Numbered from the stretch's first letter, positions 9,486 to 19,106 are shown. The stretch: 64,000 nucleotides of DNA from Candidatus Latescibacterota bacterium (GCA_965237675.1 OZ250150.1:3808001-3872000), one strand, 5' to 3'. The notes: a model not told the origin generated them from the sequence alone. Translations and numbers: made by a program.

Positions 9486-12400
9486 TTATGAACAGCCGAC
9501 GGAGTTTCCACAATTCAGGCAGCGATAGCACGACCCGTTACGAACCGTAATGTGGCCGCATGTATCGCAAAAGGGAGCATCCCCCATCATCCGGGAGAGT
9601 TGGTCGTCGAGGACCACCGTTTGTGGATGCATGTGCGCCTCCGTGTGGGACGACGACCCGTTGGACGCCGGTTGTTCGGCTTTTGGCGTGGGGACAGCCG
9701 ACGGCGAAGCGCCCACCGCGTTGGCGCGCTCGGTGGATGTATCGGGACTCTGTGTTGATAGTGAAATCACTTCCGTTTCCAGATCGTGGTGGTCGTTGAT
9801 GTCGGAAGCAATATCTTCCGGTTTCACGTGGAGAAAGTCGGTTCGGCCGAGGTATTCGTAGCCGAGGACGCGGAAGATGTAATCGATGACGGAAGTTGCG
9901 AATTTGATATTCGGGTGGTCGACGGTTCCCCATGGCTCGAAACGCGTGAAGGTGAAGCCGTCTACGTATTCCTCGAGGGGTACGCCGTATTGCAGGCCCT
10001 TGGACACTGCGATGGCAAAGCAGTTCAGCATGCTGCGGAAAGGTGCGCCTTCCTTGCTCATGTCGATAAAAATTTCACCCAGGGAACCGTCCTCATATTC
10101 GCCGGTGCGCAAGTAGACTTTCTGGTTGGCCACACGCGCTTCCTGAGTGAATCCGCTTCGTCGTTTCGGGAGCCGTCTTCTTGTGGGCTGGCTTACCACC
10201 GGGACGGGCGCTGGTGTGTTCTTTCCCGTCGCCCGTCCCGCTGAATCCGTAAGCGATTCTTCGGACTCGGCGGTTTCCGCTTCGGCGTCGGTTTGGGTGG
10301 CTGTACTCAGTGGCTGAGAGAGTTTTGAACCGTCTCGATAGATGGCCACAGCCTTTAACCCCAGATTCCAGCCCTTGATGTAAAGGTCTTCAATCTCTCC
10401 GGCGGTGGTTTCGCCAGGGACGTTTACGGTTTTGGATATGGCTCCACAGATGAACTTCTGGGCGGCGGACATCATGCCGACGTGCGCCATGGGTGCAATA
10501 AAGCGTTTACCGCGTCTGCCGCATTTGTTTGCGCAGTCGAATATGGGCAGGTGTTCATCTTTGAGATGAGGCGCGCCTTCGACGGTCATTTGGCCACAGA
10601 TAAATTCGTTGGCTTCGTTGATCTGTGTATGGGTAAAGCCGAGTTCGGCAAGCAGATTGAAACCGGGTGAGGTGTACTGTTCAGGAGAGAAGCCCAGGCG
10701 TTCCATCAGGCTTTCTCCGAGAATCCAGGAGGTGAACGCAAATTCGAGTTCGAAGACGCCGGGCAGCGCTCCTTCCACTTTATTCAGATCCCCGGGACCG
10801 AAGCCTTTTGCCTTTAACGATTCGGCGTTGACGTGCGGTGCATCTTTCAGGGATAGCCTGCCGCAGAGGTAGGTCAGAATGTCCACGATTTCGCCTTCGG
10901 AATAACCGAGGCGCTCCAGGGCTTTGGGCACGGTGTGGTTGACAATTTTAAAATAACCGCCGCCGGCGAGCTTTTTGAATTTGACCAGTGCGAAGTCGGG
11001 CTCGATACCGGTGGTGTCGCAGTCCATCAGAAGGCCAATGGTGCCGGTGGGCGCAATCACTGTGGCCTGCGCATTGCGATAACCGTGTCTTTCACCCAGT
11101 TCAACCGCCATGTCCCAATCTTCCCGGGCGGCTCTGAGCAGATCGCGTGGGCAGGCGTGGGCATCGATGTTGTAGGCGGCATCCCGGTGCATGTTCATGA
11201 CGTTGAGCATGGGATCACGGTTCTTCTCGAAGCCCGGAAACGGACTCTTGTCGGCTGCCATGCGGGCCGACGCCACATAAGCCTGTCCACACATGATGGC
11301 GGTGATGGCGGCGCATATGGCCCTTGCTCCTGCGCAGTCGTAGGGCAAGCCCTGTACCATCAGAAGCGTACCCAGGTTGGCGTAACCCAGGCCGAGGGGG
11401 CGGTAATCGTGGCTGTTCCGCGCGATCTTTTGGGTGGGATAGGATGCGAAATCGACCAGAATTTCCTGGGCGATGAAAAAGAGCTTGCACGCATATCGGA
11501 AACCGGCGATGTCGAAGGTGCCATCCTTATTGAGGAACTTCATGAGGTTGATTGAAGCGAGATTGCATGCGGTGTCGTCCAGAAACATAAACTCCGAACA
11601 CGGGTTCGATCCGTAGATGCGGTCGGTGTTAGCGCATGTATGCCAGTGGTTGATGGTGGTGTCGTACTGCATGCCCGGGTCGGCGCAAGCCCAGGCAGCC
11701 GACCCTATTTGTCGCATGAGATCACGGGCTCTGTGTGTTTGGTAGACTTCACCGGTGGTGCGCAGCCGGGTGTGCCATTCGCCGTCGTCTTTGCATGCCT
11801 GCATGAATGCGTCGGTGACCCGAACCGAATTGTTGGAGTTCTGGCCGGACACGGTCTGGTAGGCTTCGCCGTTGAAGTCGGAACTGTAACCAGCCGCCAT
11901 AAGGGCGGCAACCTTCTTTTCTTCTTTGACTTTCCAATTGATGAAGTCGAGTATTTCAGGGTGGTCCATGTCCAGGCAGACCATTTTGGCGGCTCGACGT
12001 GTCGTCCCGCCCGACTTGATGGCGCCGGCGCCTTTGTCCAGCACTTCCAGAAAGGACATCAGACCCGATGAGACGCCTCCTCCGGAAAGCTTCTCCATTT
12101 TACCTCGAATCTTGGAGAAGTTGGTTCCCGTGCCGGATCCGTATTTGAAGAGTCGGACTTCACTTTTCAACAATTCAAAAATACCCATGGTGTCGTCTTG
12201 TACGGACTGGATGTAGCAGGCGGAGCACTGGGGATGGGAATAGGAGTCTTCGGTTTCAGATACACGATCCTGGTTCCAATCCCAGTGCCAGTTACCGCCG
12301 CTGCCTTGAATGCCGTATTCGTGGTACAGCCCGCAGTTGAACCAGACCGGCGAGTTGAAAGCGCCCATCTGGTGCACGAGATGGTAGGCAAGTTCCGCTT

Positions 12401-12716
12401 CGAAGGTATCCGCGTCTTCGGTTGAGTCGAAATATCCACCCTGGTCCTCTCCGGCCTTGCGGATGGTATGGGCCACCCGGTGCATCACCTGGCGCACGGA
12501 GGTCTCGTGCCCGGTTTCGGGTACGCCTCGTTTTCTGAAATATTTGGATACGACGATATCCGTTGCCAGTTGGGACCACTCGGCCGGGACTTCGGCTTGG
12601 TCCATGCGAAAGACTTCAGACCCGTCGGGGTTGGTGATAACGGATGTCTTCTTTACGTATTCGACCTGGTCCAGTGGATTCTGGACGGGTGTGGTCTGCC
12701 TGCGTTCAAGCTTCAT
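9486..12716 (-). CDS. nrdJ: Class II (B12-dependent) ribonucleotide reductase with C-terminal TSCPD domain
   Basis: FNSPVWFN, PQCSACYI, SGGTTRRAAKM, SNPCSEF, APTGTIG, YRDGSK, C-terminal CDTC...RNGSCYRCLNCGNSVGCS. Confidence 0.96.
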   Translation of the reverse strand: MKLERRQTTPVQNPLDQVEYVKKTSVITNPDGSEVFRMDQAEVPAEWSQLATDIVVSKYFRKRGVPETGHETSVRQVMHRVAHTIRKAGEDQGGYFDSTEDADTFEAELAYHLVHQMGAFNSPVWFNCGLYHEYGIQGSGGNWHWDWNQDRVSETEDSYSHPQCSACYIQSVQDDTMGIFELLKSEVRLFKYGSGTGTNFSKIRGKMEKLSGGGVSSGLMSFLEVLDKGAGAIKSGGTTRRAAKMVCLDMDHPEILDFINWKVKEEKKVAALMAAGYSSDFNGEAYQTVSGQNSNNSVRVTDAFMQACKDDGEWHTRLRTTGEVYQTHRARDLMRQIGSAAWACADPGMQYDTTINHWHTCANTDRIYGSNPCSEFMFLDDTACNLASINLMKFLNKDGTFDIAGFRYACKLFFIAQEILVDFASYPTQKIARNSHDYRPLGLGYANLGTLLMVQGLPYDCAGARAICAAITAIMCGQAYVASARMAADKSPFPGFEKNRDPMLNVMNMHRDAAYNIDAHACPRDLLRAAREDWDMAVELGERHGYRNAQATVIAPTGTIGLLMDCDTTGIEPDFALVKFKKLAGGGYFKIVNHTVPKALERLGYSEGEIVDILTYLCGRLSLKDAPHVNAESLKAKGFGPGDLNKVEGALPGVFELEFAFTSWILGESLMERLGFSPEQYTSPGFNLLAELGFTHTQINEANEFICGQMTVEGAPHLKDEHLPIFDCANKCGRRGKRFIAPMAHVGMMSAAQKFICGAISKTVNVPGETTAGEIEDLYIKGWNLGLKAVAIYRDGSKLSQPLSTATQTDAEAETAESEESLTDSAGRATGKNTPAPVPVVSQPTRRRLPKRRSGFTQEARVANQKVYLRTGEYEDGSLGEIFIDMSKEGAPFRSMLNCFAIAVSKGLQYGVPLEEYVDGFTFTRFEPWGTVDHPNIKFATSVIDYIFRVLGYEYLGRTDFLHVKPEDIASDINDHHDLETEVISLSTQSPDTSTERANAVGASPSAVPTPKAEQPASNGSSSHTEAHMHPQTVVLDDQLSRMMGDAPFCDTCGHITVRNGSCYRCLNCGNSVGCS

Positions 12717-12926
12717 AGGGGGACTTCCTCCGGGTTTTTTGGAACCGATCTGAAACGGTAAAGCGAAAGGGGACGTGCCAGGTTAGATTGATGTGACGAT
12801 TCACGCCAAATTTTCCCTTCACGGTCGACACATCGAGACCGCAGGCAACAACAACGCACGCTGAAGACGCATCTGAAGGGGAAAGGCGCGTCAGGGTAAC
12901 TTTGGTAAGAGGGGAGTGTACTTTGT

Positions 12927-13391
12927 TCAGTCGCTTGCTTGAGGGGAAGTGAGTTGCCGGAGTTCCTTTTCGAAGTCGCTCAGGTCTTTGAACTGTCTGT
13001 AGACCGATGCGAAACGGACGTAAGCGACATGGTCGAGGTCTTTAAGTTCCTTAATCACCAGTTCGCCGATATCGTTGGCCTCAACCTCCCGTTCGCCGGT
13101 GCCGCTCAGACGGGCTTCGATCCGGTCTGCGATCTCTTCGAGCCGTTCCATTGAGATGGGCCGCTTGTTGCAGGCGAGATGCAACTTTGAAAAGAGTTTG
13201 TTTTTGTCGAAGCGTTCGCGACGACCATCGGATTTGACGACCATCAGCGGCGTGTCTTCGATCGATTCGTAGGTTGTAAACCGCCGACCGCAATTCAGAC
13301 ATTCCCGGCGCCTGCGGATGGCCGTTGCCTCCTTGCTGGATCTGGAGTCTACGACCTTGTCCTCCACTGTTCCACAGTAGGGACACTTCAT
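12927..13391 (-). CDS. nrdR: Transcriptional repressor NrdR
   Basis: MKCPYC..KVVDSR..IRRRRECLNCGRRFTTYE, ATP-cone, VAYVRFASVYRQF. Confidence 0.97.
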   Translation of the reverse strand: MKCPYCGTVEDKVVDSRSSKEATAIRRRRECLNCGRRFTTYESIEDTPLMVVKSDGRRERFDKNKLFSKLHLACNKRPISMERLEEIADRIEARLSGTGEREVEANDIGELVIKELKDLDHVAYVRFASVYRQFKDLSDFEKELRQLTSPQASD

Positions 13392-13428
13392 AAAAATTCT
13401 CCCATAACCTCACGGAGAGCGGGGAATA

Positions 13429-13510
13429 AGGATAGATATAGGGTCCTTGGGTTAAAGGACCCTATATTGTGGGTGCAACCATATTATAATACAAAATATT
13501 GGGTTGTCAA
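13429..13510 (-). promoter_or_regulatory. nrdR-nrdJ promoter with three NrdR-box-like sites
   Basis: TTGACA-N16-TATAAT (13510-13483). 16-mers at 13489 (ATACAAAATATTGGGT), 13459 (ACCCTATATTGTGGGT) and 13429 (AGGATAGATATAGGGT) resemble acaCwAtATaTwGtgt and are spaced 30 bp apart. Confidence 0.8.
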
Positions 13511-13603
13511 GAAAAATTTCGGTGATTCGGGTCAATTGTTTCGATCACTCGTGGCAGGCGACGACAATACGATGGCTGCTCCTTTGTGTTGGTCCTCGTC
13601 CTT

Positions 13604-16033
13604 CTACGGCCGGTGTTCCTGTGGCGGATCAAGGCCTTCAAGCGCCGACACGTCGAGGTTCCGATCCTTGAAGATCAGCCTGGTGCCGGAAACGGCGGCG
13701 TGCGACAGATAAACACCGTCGGACCCGGTTCTTACGACGACGCAAATCGCATCCGTACTGAGGTCGTTGGCCCCAAACGTCCGGTAGGATCCATCTGTGA
13801 CCACGATGTGATCCACGATGCTGCCGTGCTCCACGACCAGGTAAACGGTGCCGGGCGGACCTGCGTTCTCTCCGCGTCGGATCCGTACTTTCGGAAGCGG
13901 CATGCTTTGGAAGGGATAAAGTACGACGGCGAGGTCGTTCACAAGGCCGTCGCCGGAAGTCATCAGGTCCAGAGAAGCCCACCTGATGAGCTGCCGGCCG
14001 GGAGACGCGATACCGCCGAGATGCGCCATTCCGGTTCCCTGGCGAATGGCCGGTGCATCGGGCGTGGCCACGAGCACGCCCGGCGCCTCGGTGGAAAACA
14101 CGGCGGTTCCGCCTCGCTGCAGCGGCGTGGGGGAATGTAGCATGAACGAGGCCTTTCTTGGTTCGGTTTCAGAGGAAAAGGCATCAAATACCAGGAAGTA
14201 GGGATTGGCCTGAGGATCGGGATCCACGGGCTTCATGAACAGGAAATGCCGGCGATGGCGGACGCCCAATGAGCGGTAGCCACTGTGTTCCGCGGAAAAG
14301 TAGTCCATGCCGGCCTGGCTGTTCCATATGGGATTCTCGCCTACCGCGATCTTGCGGTCGAGGTTCTTGTCGTCTATCACCAGCATATTGTGCGCCTTGG
14401 AAGTCTTGTACCACGGTCCGTGGAGCGGATCGTCGTAGCTGACGCCAATCCCCGCGTCGACGGCAAGCGCTTTACCATAGGCGAACAGCTCGAAGCTGAG
14501 GATGTCGGCGTGAGAATGCCCGCCGCCCCACGGACCGTAATTGATGATCATGTAAGGGCTGTTTCGGGTCCAATCCATTCGCATCACGGCGAATCCCGAC
14601 GGTCTGAAGTCGACCGACGTACTCGACGGCGGTTCGACGGCGTCGTCAATGCTGCCTCCCAACAGGTTTTTGGCAACCCAGAGCAGGTCCGGCCGATTGA
14701 ACGCGCGCCCGCCGTCGATAAAGATGTTGCGGTCGAACCGGCCGCGCCCGCCATCGTTGACAGCGGGCTGGGTGCCCAGGGGGCTCATCAGGTACATCCA
14801 GTGATTCAAGGTGCGTTCGAGCCGTGGCCGCAGGGCGGTCGCACGGTCGTCCTGACCTCCGAAACGCTCCAGAAGGTGGGCGAGATTTCGTGGGTCCCGG
14901 TAGACAATTTGGGAATAGCTCGACGGGCACCGCTCGGAATGGCAGCCATCTTCAAAGAAGTCCTTCGTGAGATGCTCTTCTATCCGATAAACCCCGAGTG
15001 AGACCCACCGTTCCGCCTCTTTGAATTCCGGAAGGTTGAGACCCAGTTCGGCCAGGGCATAGGCGCCCATCACCTGCCAGTTGCCCGGCCGGTAACCCTG
15101 TTTTTCCAACTCGTTCAGCCAGCGCGCCGAGCCGAGGAAGTTCTTGAGGATTCGCTCGTGGGTCCGCGCGGATAGCCGTCCTCGATTGAGGCGGTAGAAG
15201 TCCAGAAATATGCGATTCCTGGCCGATCCGAGGCCAAGTTCATACCAGATCGGATCCAGCCGCGCGATGGCGCCCACGACGTCGTCCCGTTGCTCGTACC
15301 ACTGATTGAAGAGGTCGTCGAAGGCATCCAGATATTTCGTGTCGCGCGTACTCAGGTACGCCCACAGTAAGGGTCGGGACCAACCCCAGTAGTGGAAGCC
15401 GTACTTGCCGCTTCTGCCGTAATCGGCGTTGAAATCGACGACCGCGCCGTGCTGGATGGTGACGCCGCCCCATCCCATGATGTTGTGCGCGACCACGCGA
15501 TCAGCAGTGGCGGTGTACGATCCCGGTCTGAAGGCGTTGAAGGCTTCTTCAATGGTGTAGAACGGGGTACTGACGTTGACATACGCGAATCCGGGACCCG
15601 CATCCCAGTATTTCCCCCAGGCCGCGTAGGCCGTGGCGTAGTCTCCCTGGTCGACGGCGCGCTTTACGTCCTCGAGGCCGGCCCTGTTCAGGTCCAATGC
15701 GGCAATGAGATCCGGATCGCTTATGTGCTTGATCTGCTGATCCAGGTAGGCAGGATCTTCGCGCAGGTCGGTATTCGCCTCACCGAAGGCCCCTGCAAAC
15801 AGAATGAAATCACCAAAACCGACACGTCCGTCGAGGTCCAGATCGAAACGGGCGTCGAACGTGCTGTCGGACCGGGAGGTCCCGAAGTTTCCGGCAAAGG
15901 CGACAAAGTCTTCGAAGCCCACGCGGCCGTCTCCGTTGAAGTCCCCGGGCACACCCGAATGGGCAACGGAGGACGCCAGTATGACGACCAACAACGGTCC
16001 AAGACGCTTCCATCGCAGGAATCCAGGTGTCAT
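13604..16033 (-). CDS. Secreted heparinase II/III-family polysaccharide lyase with N-terminal dockerin/EF-hand-like repeat
   Basis: Signal peptide; duplicated GDFNGDGRVGFEDF..FG / DLDLDGRVGFGDF..FG; GNWQ, DGCHSE..SY, PAVNDG, GGGHSHADILSFEL, AHNMLVID. Start set at ATG 16033. Confidence 0.82.
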   Translation of the reverse strand: MTPGFLRWKRLGPLLVVILASSVAHSGVPGDFNGDGRVGFEDFVAFAGNFGTSRSDSTFDARFDLDLDGRVGFGDFILFAGAFGEANTDLREDPAYLDQQIKHISDPDLIAALDLNRAGLEDVKRAVDQGDYATAYAAWGKYWDAGPGFAYVNVSTPFYTIEEAFNAFRPGSYTATADRVVAHNIMGWGGVTIQHGAVVDFNADYGRSGKYGFHYWGWSRPLLWAYLSTRDTKYLDAFDDLFNQWYEQRDDVVGAIARLDPIWYELGLGSARNRIFLDFYRLNRGRLSARTHERILKNFLGSARWLNELEKQGYRPGNWQVMGAYALAELGLNLPEFKEAERWVSLGVYRIEEHLTKDFFEDGCHSERCPSSYSQIVYRDPRNLAHLLERFGGQDDRATALRPRLERTLNHWMYLMSPLGTQPAVNDGGRGRFDRNIFIDGGRAFNRPDLLWVAKNLLGGSIDDAVEPPSSTSVDFRPSGFAVMRMDWTRNSPYMIINYGPWGGGHSHADILSFELFAYGKALAVDAGIGVSYDDPLHGPWYKTSKAHNMLVIDDKNLDRKIAVGENPIWNSQAGMDYFSAEHSGYRSLGVRHRRHFLFMKPVDPDPQANPYFLVFDAFSSETEPRKASFMLHSPTPLQRGGTAVFSTEAPGVLVATPDAPAIRQGTGMAHLGGIASPGRQLIRWASLDLMTSGDGLVNDLAVVLYPFQSMPLPKVRIRRGENAGPPGTVYLVVEHGSIVDHIVVTDGSYRTFGANDLSTDAICVVVRTGSDGVYLSHAAVSGTRLIFKDRNLDVSALEGLDPPQEHRP

Positions 16034-16148
16034 CTTGTACTCCAGTAGAGAAGTCAAACGGGATTTGAAACGAAACCACGCGCGAAGCAGGGTAGGGGAG
16101 TCACACGATCCCAAGGTCGTTGCGGACTCGACCGCGCGCAAACGACAC

Positions 16149-16229
16149 GGCCTCTCGCGCCTGCCGTTTCACGTGGTCGGGAAGGCGTCGATAGGCATCC
16201 CAGAAGTTTTTCTGTGCGAGCGGACGCAC
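16149..16229 (-). pseudogene. N-terminal fragment of a ParE/RelE-like toxin
   Basis: VRPLAQKNFWDAYRRLPDHVKRQAREA, then similarity stops; resembles 'FW..Y..LP..V...A..AY' ParE-like toxin N-termini. Confidence 0.55.
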
Positions 16230-16231
16230 GC

Positions 16232-16330
16232 CTATAGTTCTTCCAGATTAATAGGTTGAGTTAGTCCTTCTCGGTGCGTTGACAGAGCCTCATCGGCCAG
16301 CCGCTCTGGCAACTCCACAGATTCGAAAAG
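16232..16330 (-). pseudogene. C-terminal fragment of the cognate antitoxin
   Basis: ELPERLADEALSTHREGLTQPINLEEL* ends 2 nt before the toxin GTG; resembles 'LERLADEALAEH..G.T..L' antitoxin tails; no intact 5' end. Confidence 0.55.
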
Positions 16331-16345
16331 GGGGACAGAAGCATA

Positions 16346-16588
16346 TCAGACGGCTGCCAGAACCGTTCTGGCGTGTGTGAGGTCCGTGTTGGTCACGGGA
16401 CGCCCCTGTGACGGCAACACCGTCGCGATGGCCACTGTGTCGCCATCGAGGGACATGAACTCCACAACAAGGGCTTCTTCATCCGGATGGATATGGATGA
16501 TGGTGCCTACGTCGCCCGATTTCAGTTCTTCCCCTTCGTCACCGAATACATCGGCAGTGAGCACAATCTGCTCATGTTCCTTGAACAC
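16346..16588 (-). CDS. DUF4926 family small protein (putative antitoxin/immunity)
   Basis: MFKEHEQIVLTAD...LKSGDVGTIIHIH...VEF...DGDTVAIATV. Confidence 0.8.
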   Translation of the reverse strand: MFKEHEQIVLTADVFGDEGEELKSGDVGTIIHIHPDEEALVVEFMSLDGDTVAIATVLPSQGRPVTNTDLTHARTVLAAV

Positions 16589-16591
16589 CTC

Positions 16592-16928
16592 TCACCTCCT
16601 GTGCGGGTGCGCCGTAATAAACCTGGATTAGTCGCTCCCAAGGTCAATATGCCAGACGGTCCTGACTCGTGGATTGCGTCCGTCACGTCTCTATTGCGCC
16701 GTCCACATGATAACGCGGTCCGTATGCGGTCTCTACAATCCGGGCGACCTCATGGGATGGCGCTTGAACTCTCAATGCCGCAGCGAAGTCCTCCCAGCGA
16801 TCTTTGCTGAATCCAAATCCGAGAAAGAAATCTGCCTTCGTTCTGCCGCGCGGATTGACGGTCGATAGCAGATAATCCGTAATTTTCTGCCGGTCGATCC
16901 GAGCTAGATGTGCATTGGGCAGCCTCAA
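16592..16928 (-). pseudogene. DUF6883-like putative toxin, frameshifted
   Basis: LPNAHLARIDRQKITDYLLS...GRTKADFF..FGF...W...YGPRY.VDG.IET; continues in another frame as DGRNPRVRTVWHIDLGSD*SRFITAHPHRR*, i.e. a frameshift near 16685 plus an internal TAA. Confidence 0.75.
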
Positions 16929-17010
16929 TCACGATCTCCTTGTCTTGCCGCTTCACAGTGATAAATGCTGTTCAACCCAGGCCCATGCGACATCTTGATG
17001 ACGCTGGCCA

Positions 17011-17197
17011 CTGAAAGGCGGCGAGCGGTTTGCCTCTCAACTCATATACCGTGATGACGAAGACCTGATCCGGCTTGCGGTCGGGCACATAGATGACCCG
17101 GAGGTATCGTCCGCCAGAAGTCCGCCCGACCACAATGCGTGACCCTCTCGACCGGGCGGGTCTTCACCACGTGACGCGTGCCACGTCATACCTCCAT
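17011..17197 (-). pseudogene. Remnant of a BrnT/DUF4258-like toxin
   Basis: GEDPPGREG (frameshift) SRIVVGRTSGGRYLRVIYVPDRKPDQVFVITVYELRGKPLAAF; start reads MEV-stop. Confidence 0.6.
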
Positions 17198-17227
17198 GTT
17201 ACAGCTTGTCATAGCTCCCGAACCAGG

Positions 17228-17344
17228 CTATCCATCATTGAACACGCATCGTTTGCCGGGGTCCGTCGGGCTCGTTGCTTCTCCTTTCACGATCCCCTGT
17301 TCGATCATGGCTAGCATGTCTTGCTGTAGTGACCGGCAATTGTT
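17228..17344 (-). pseudogene. Possible C-terminal winged-HTH remnant of a Fic-family protein
   Basis: NNCRSLQQDMLAMIEQGIVKGEATSPTDPGKRCVFNDG* resembles 'RRTLQRDL..M.EKG......TDP.K.Y' tails; no upstream Fic domain. Confidence 0.4.
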
Positions 17345-17739
17345 GCCTGCGTTCAATCGCCGAGACATCAAGGGAGGAAATCTAAGACATTATCGGGACA
17401 TTGTGTAAGATTGGTAAAGTTGCCGTATCTGATATATTACACGATACAGGGGTTTGTCAATAGCATTCCAATCGTGGGACGTTACAGGGTCCGCAGAAAG
17501 TCGCGTAATTGGTTCGTGGCCACGGTTGAGTCACCCCCATGAGAACCGCTACGTTCATTTGGTTTCTTGGCCTAACGTCGACGAGAATCCAATCCTTCTG
17601 GAAGAAATTCCAATATGCATTGGACATGTCGCCAATCACGTCCGGATTCAGGCAGGTGTCGGGCTCGTGAAAACGAATGGTCACATGTTTGTAAGCAATC
17701 AGAATAGCACGGCAGGGATGGTCCGGGTTTGTCCCGCGT

Positions 17740-18972
17740 TCAAGCCGACGGACCGGCTTTCTTCTCGAAAACAGTGTTCCAATTGGTGCGCCCGGTGAAC
17801 TGCATTGCCGCAAACAGGGTGGCTATGCACAACATGGTAATAGCCAGGCCGGTATACCCGGAAAAGAAAAACGTGTAGGAGAAGAGCACCAGGTAGATGA
17901 ACTGGCCCACGCCGATTTCTACGAAGGCCAGGCGCGCGCCCAGGACCAGTCGCATGTACGATGTGACGAGGAAAATCGAGACCGCGGAGGCGAGTACAAA
18001 CGCGTAGTGGATAAGCAAGTGGTCGACCAGGTAGGCCAGCATCAGGTGGAAGCTGAAGAAGGCGGCCCCGATGAAGGAATAGTGCATCGGGTGCAGGTCG
18101 AGGCGGCGCACGGTGGTGAAAATGAAGAGCAGGAAGAAGAACAGGAACAGGGAGATCGGGGCCGCGAACACGACCTGCCTGACCCAGGGGCCGGGGTTGA
18201 GCCGGGCGGGCATGATCATCCCCAGATCGACCCCGGTGAGGAGATGGTCGTAACGCCACTTCAGGGTCAAGGCGTCGCCGTCGCGGGCCTTGGAGGTGGG
18301 GGATACGCTGTCTGCGGGAAAGTCGATGGCGGCGAAATCAGTGCGCATCACCAATTCGAAGTCCGACACCTGGTTGACATCCTTGCCAAAACTGTAGCGC
18401 CACTGGTCCAGTCCCTGGGAGCGGTAGGACACGTGGACGGGAAGTTCCTGGCCGGGCGCAAGATCGACGGGTTGGACCAGATGGCCGGCGAGGATCGGGA
18501 CATCGGAGATGCGAAAGCTGTCGACACTCACGGTAAAATCATCGTACACGGCGCGATGGGCGGGCAGTTCCAGATCGAAATACAGGGTCAGGCTCTGGTC
18601 GGTAGGGTTGGATAGGGTGTACGTGGAGGCGAATTGGACCTGGTAGGTGGAGTACCACAGCAAGCCCTTGCGGCGATGCCCAAGGGAAAGGTCGACTTCA
18701 ATGCGGCTGGCCTCGAGGCTCAGGAAGCGTTTTTCGTCTGCTGTGCGCGAGATGGACTCGCCTTCAGAGCTGGTTTCAATGCGGTTGACGCGATTCAGGC
18801 GGTAGATTTGCGGGGCCTGCTGGGTCTGGGCCGTACCCCAGAGTTGTCCCACGGCGTCTTTGAGCTTGTCGTCCTGTCTCATCGTGCGCAGGTGGATGGT
18901 CTGGCCCAGAATGAGCCACGCGACTGATATACACAAAAAGATGAAGCCGATGGCGGCAATGCGTTGGACCAT
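17740..18972 (-). CDS. CreD-like inner membrane protein
   Basis: N-terminal TM, 'RRKGLLWYSTY', soluble domain, then about 6 TMs including LHPMHYSFIGAAFFSFHLMLAYL. Confidence 0.72.
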   Translation of the reverse strand: MVQRIAAIGFIFLCISVAWLILGQTIHLRTMRQDDKLKDAVGQLWGTAQTQQAPQIYRLNRVNRIETSSEGESISRTADEKRFLSLEASRIEVDLSLGHRRKGLLWYSTYQVQFASTYTLSNPTDQSLTLYFDLELPAHRAVYDDFTVSVDSFRISDVPILAGHLVQPVDLAPGQELPVHVSYRSQGLDQWRYSFGKDVNQVSDFELVMRTDFAAIDFPADSVSPTSKARDGDALTLKWRYDHLLTGVDLGMIMPARLNPGPWVRQVVFAAPISLFLFFFLLFIFTTVRRLDLHPMHYSFIGAAFFSFHLMLAYLVDHLLIHYAFVLASAVSIFLVTSYMRLVLGARLAFVEIGVGQFIYLVLFSYTFFFSGYTGLAITMLCIATLFAAMQFTGRTNWNTVFEKKAGPSA

Positions 18973-19081
18973 TACACCTCCCGAATTTAGAGATGAATAA
19001 GGACTTTATGTTGAACGCATCGCCTGGTGTTCCGTTCCGGAAATAGATTGCCGAAATTCGGCCGATCAGAAGCCGCAAAAA

Positions 19082-19106
19082 CAGCTATCAGCTCTCAGCC
19101 GTCAGC
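19082..19106. repeat. Heptameric tandem repeat (CAGCnnn)x4
   Basis: CAGCTAT-CAGCTCT-CAGCCGT-CAGC. Confidence 0.6.

Noticed and set aside
9486-12716. Intein or intron in nrdJ
   Set aside because: The frame is continuous, with no C...HN splice motifs or endonuclease signature; extra length is linkers and the TSCPD domain.
12717-12926. Cobalamin riboswitch before nrdJ
   Set aside because: No AGGGAA, GCCACTG or B12-box elements; the structure is reported separately.
16683-16685. UGA in the DUF6883 gene as a third selenocysteine
   Set aside because: Homology continues in a different frame and includes a TAA, so this is a frameshifted pseudogene.
16149-17460. Integron cassette array
   Set aside because: No intI and no convincing RYYYAAC...GTTRRRY attC palindromes between fragments.
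17457-17813. 118-aa minus-strand ORF and its antisense partner
   Set aside because: It overlaps the CreD-like 3' end and has no recognisable motif or RBS.
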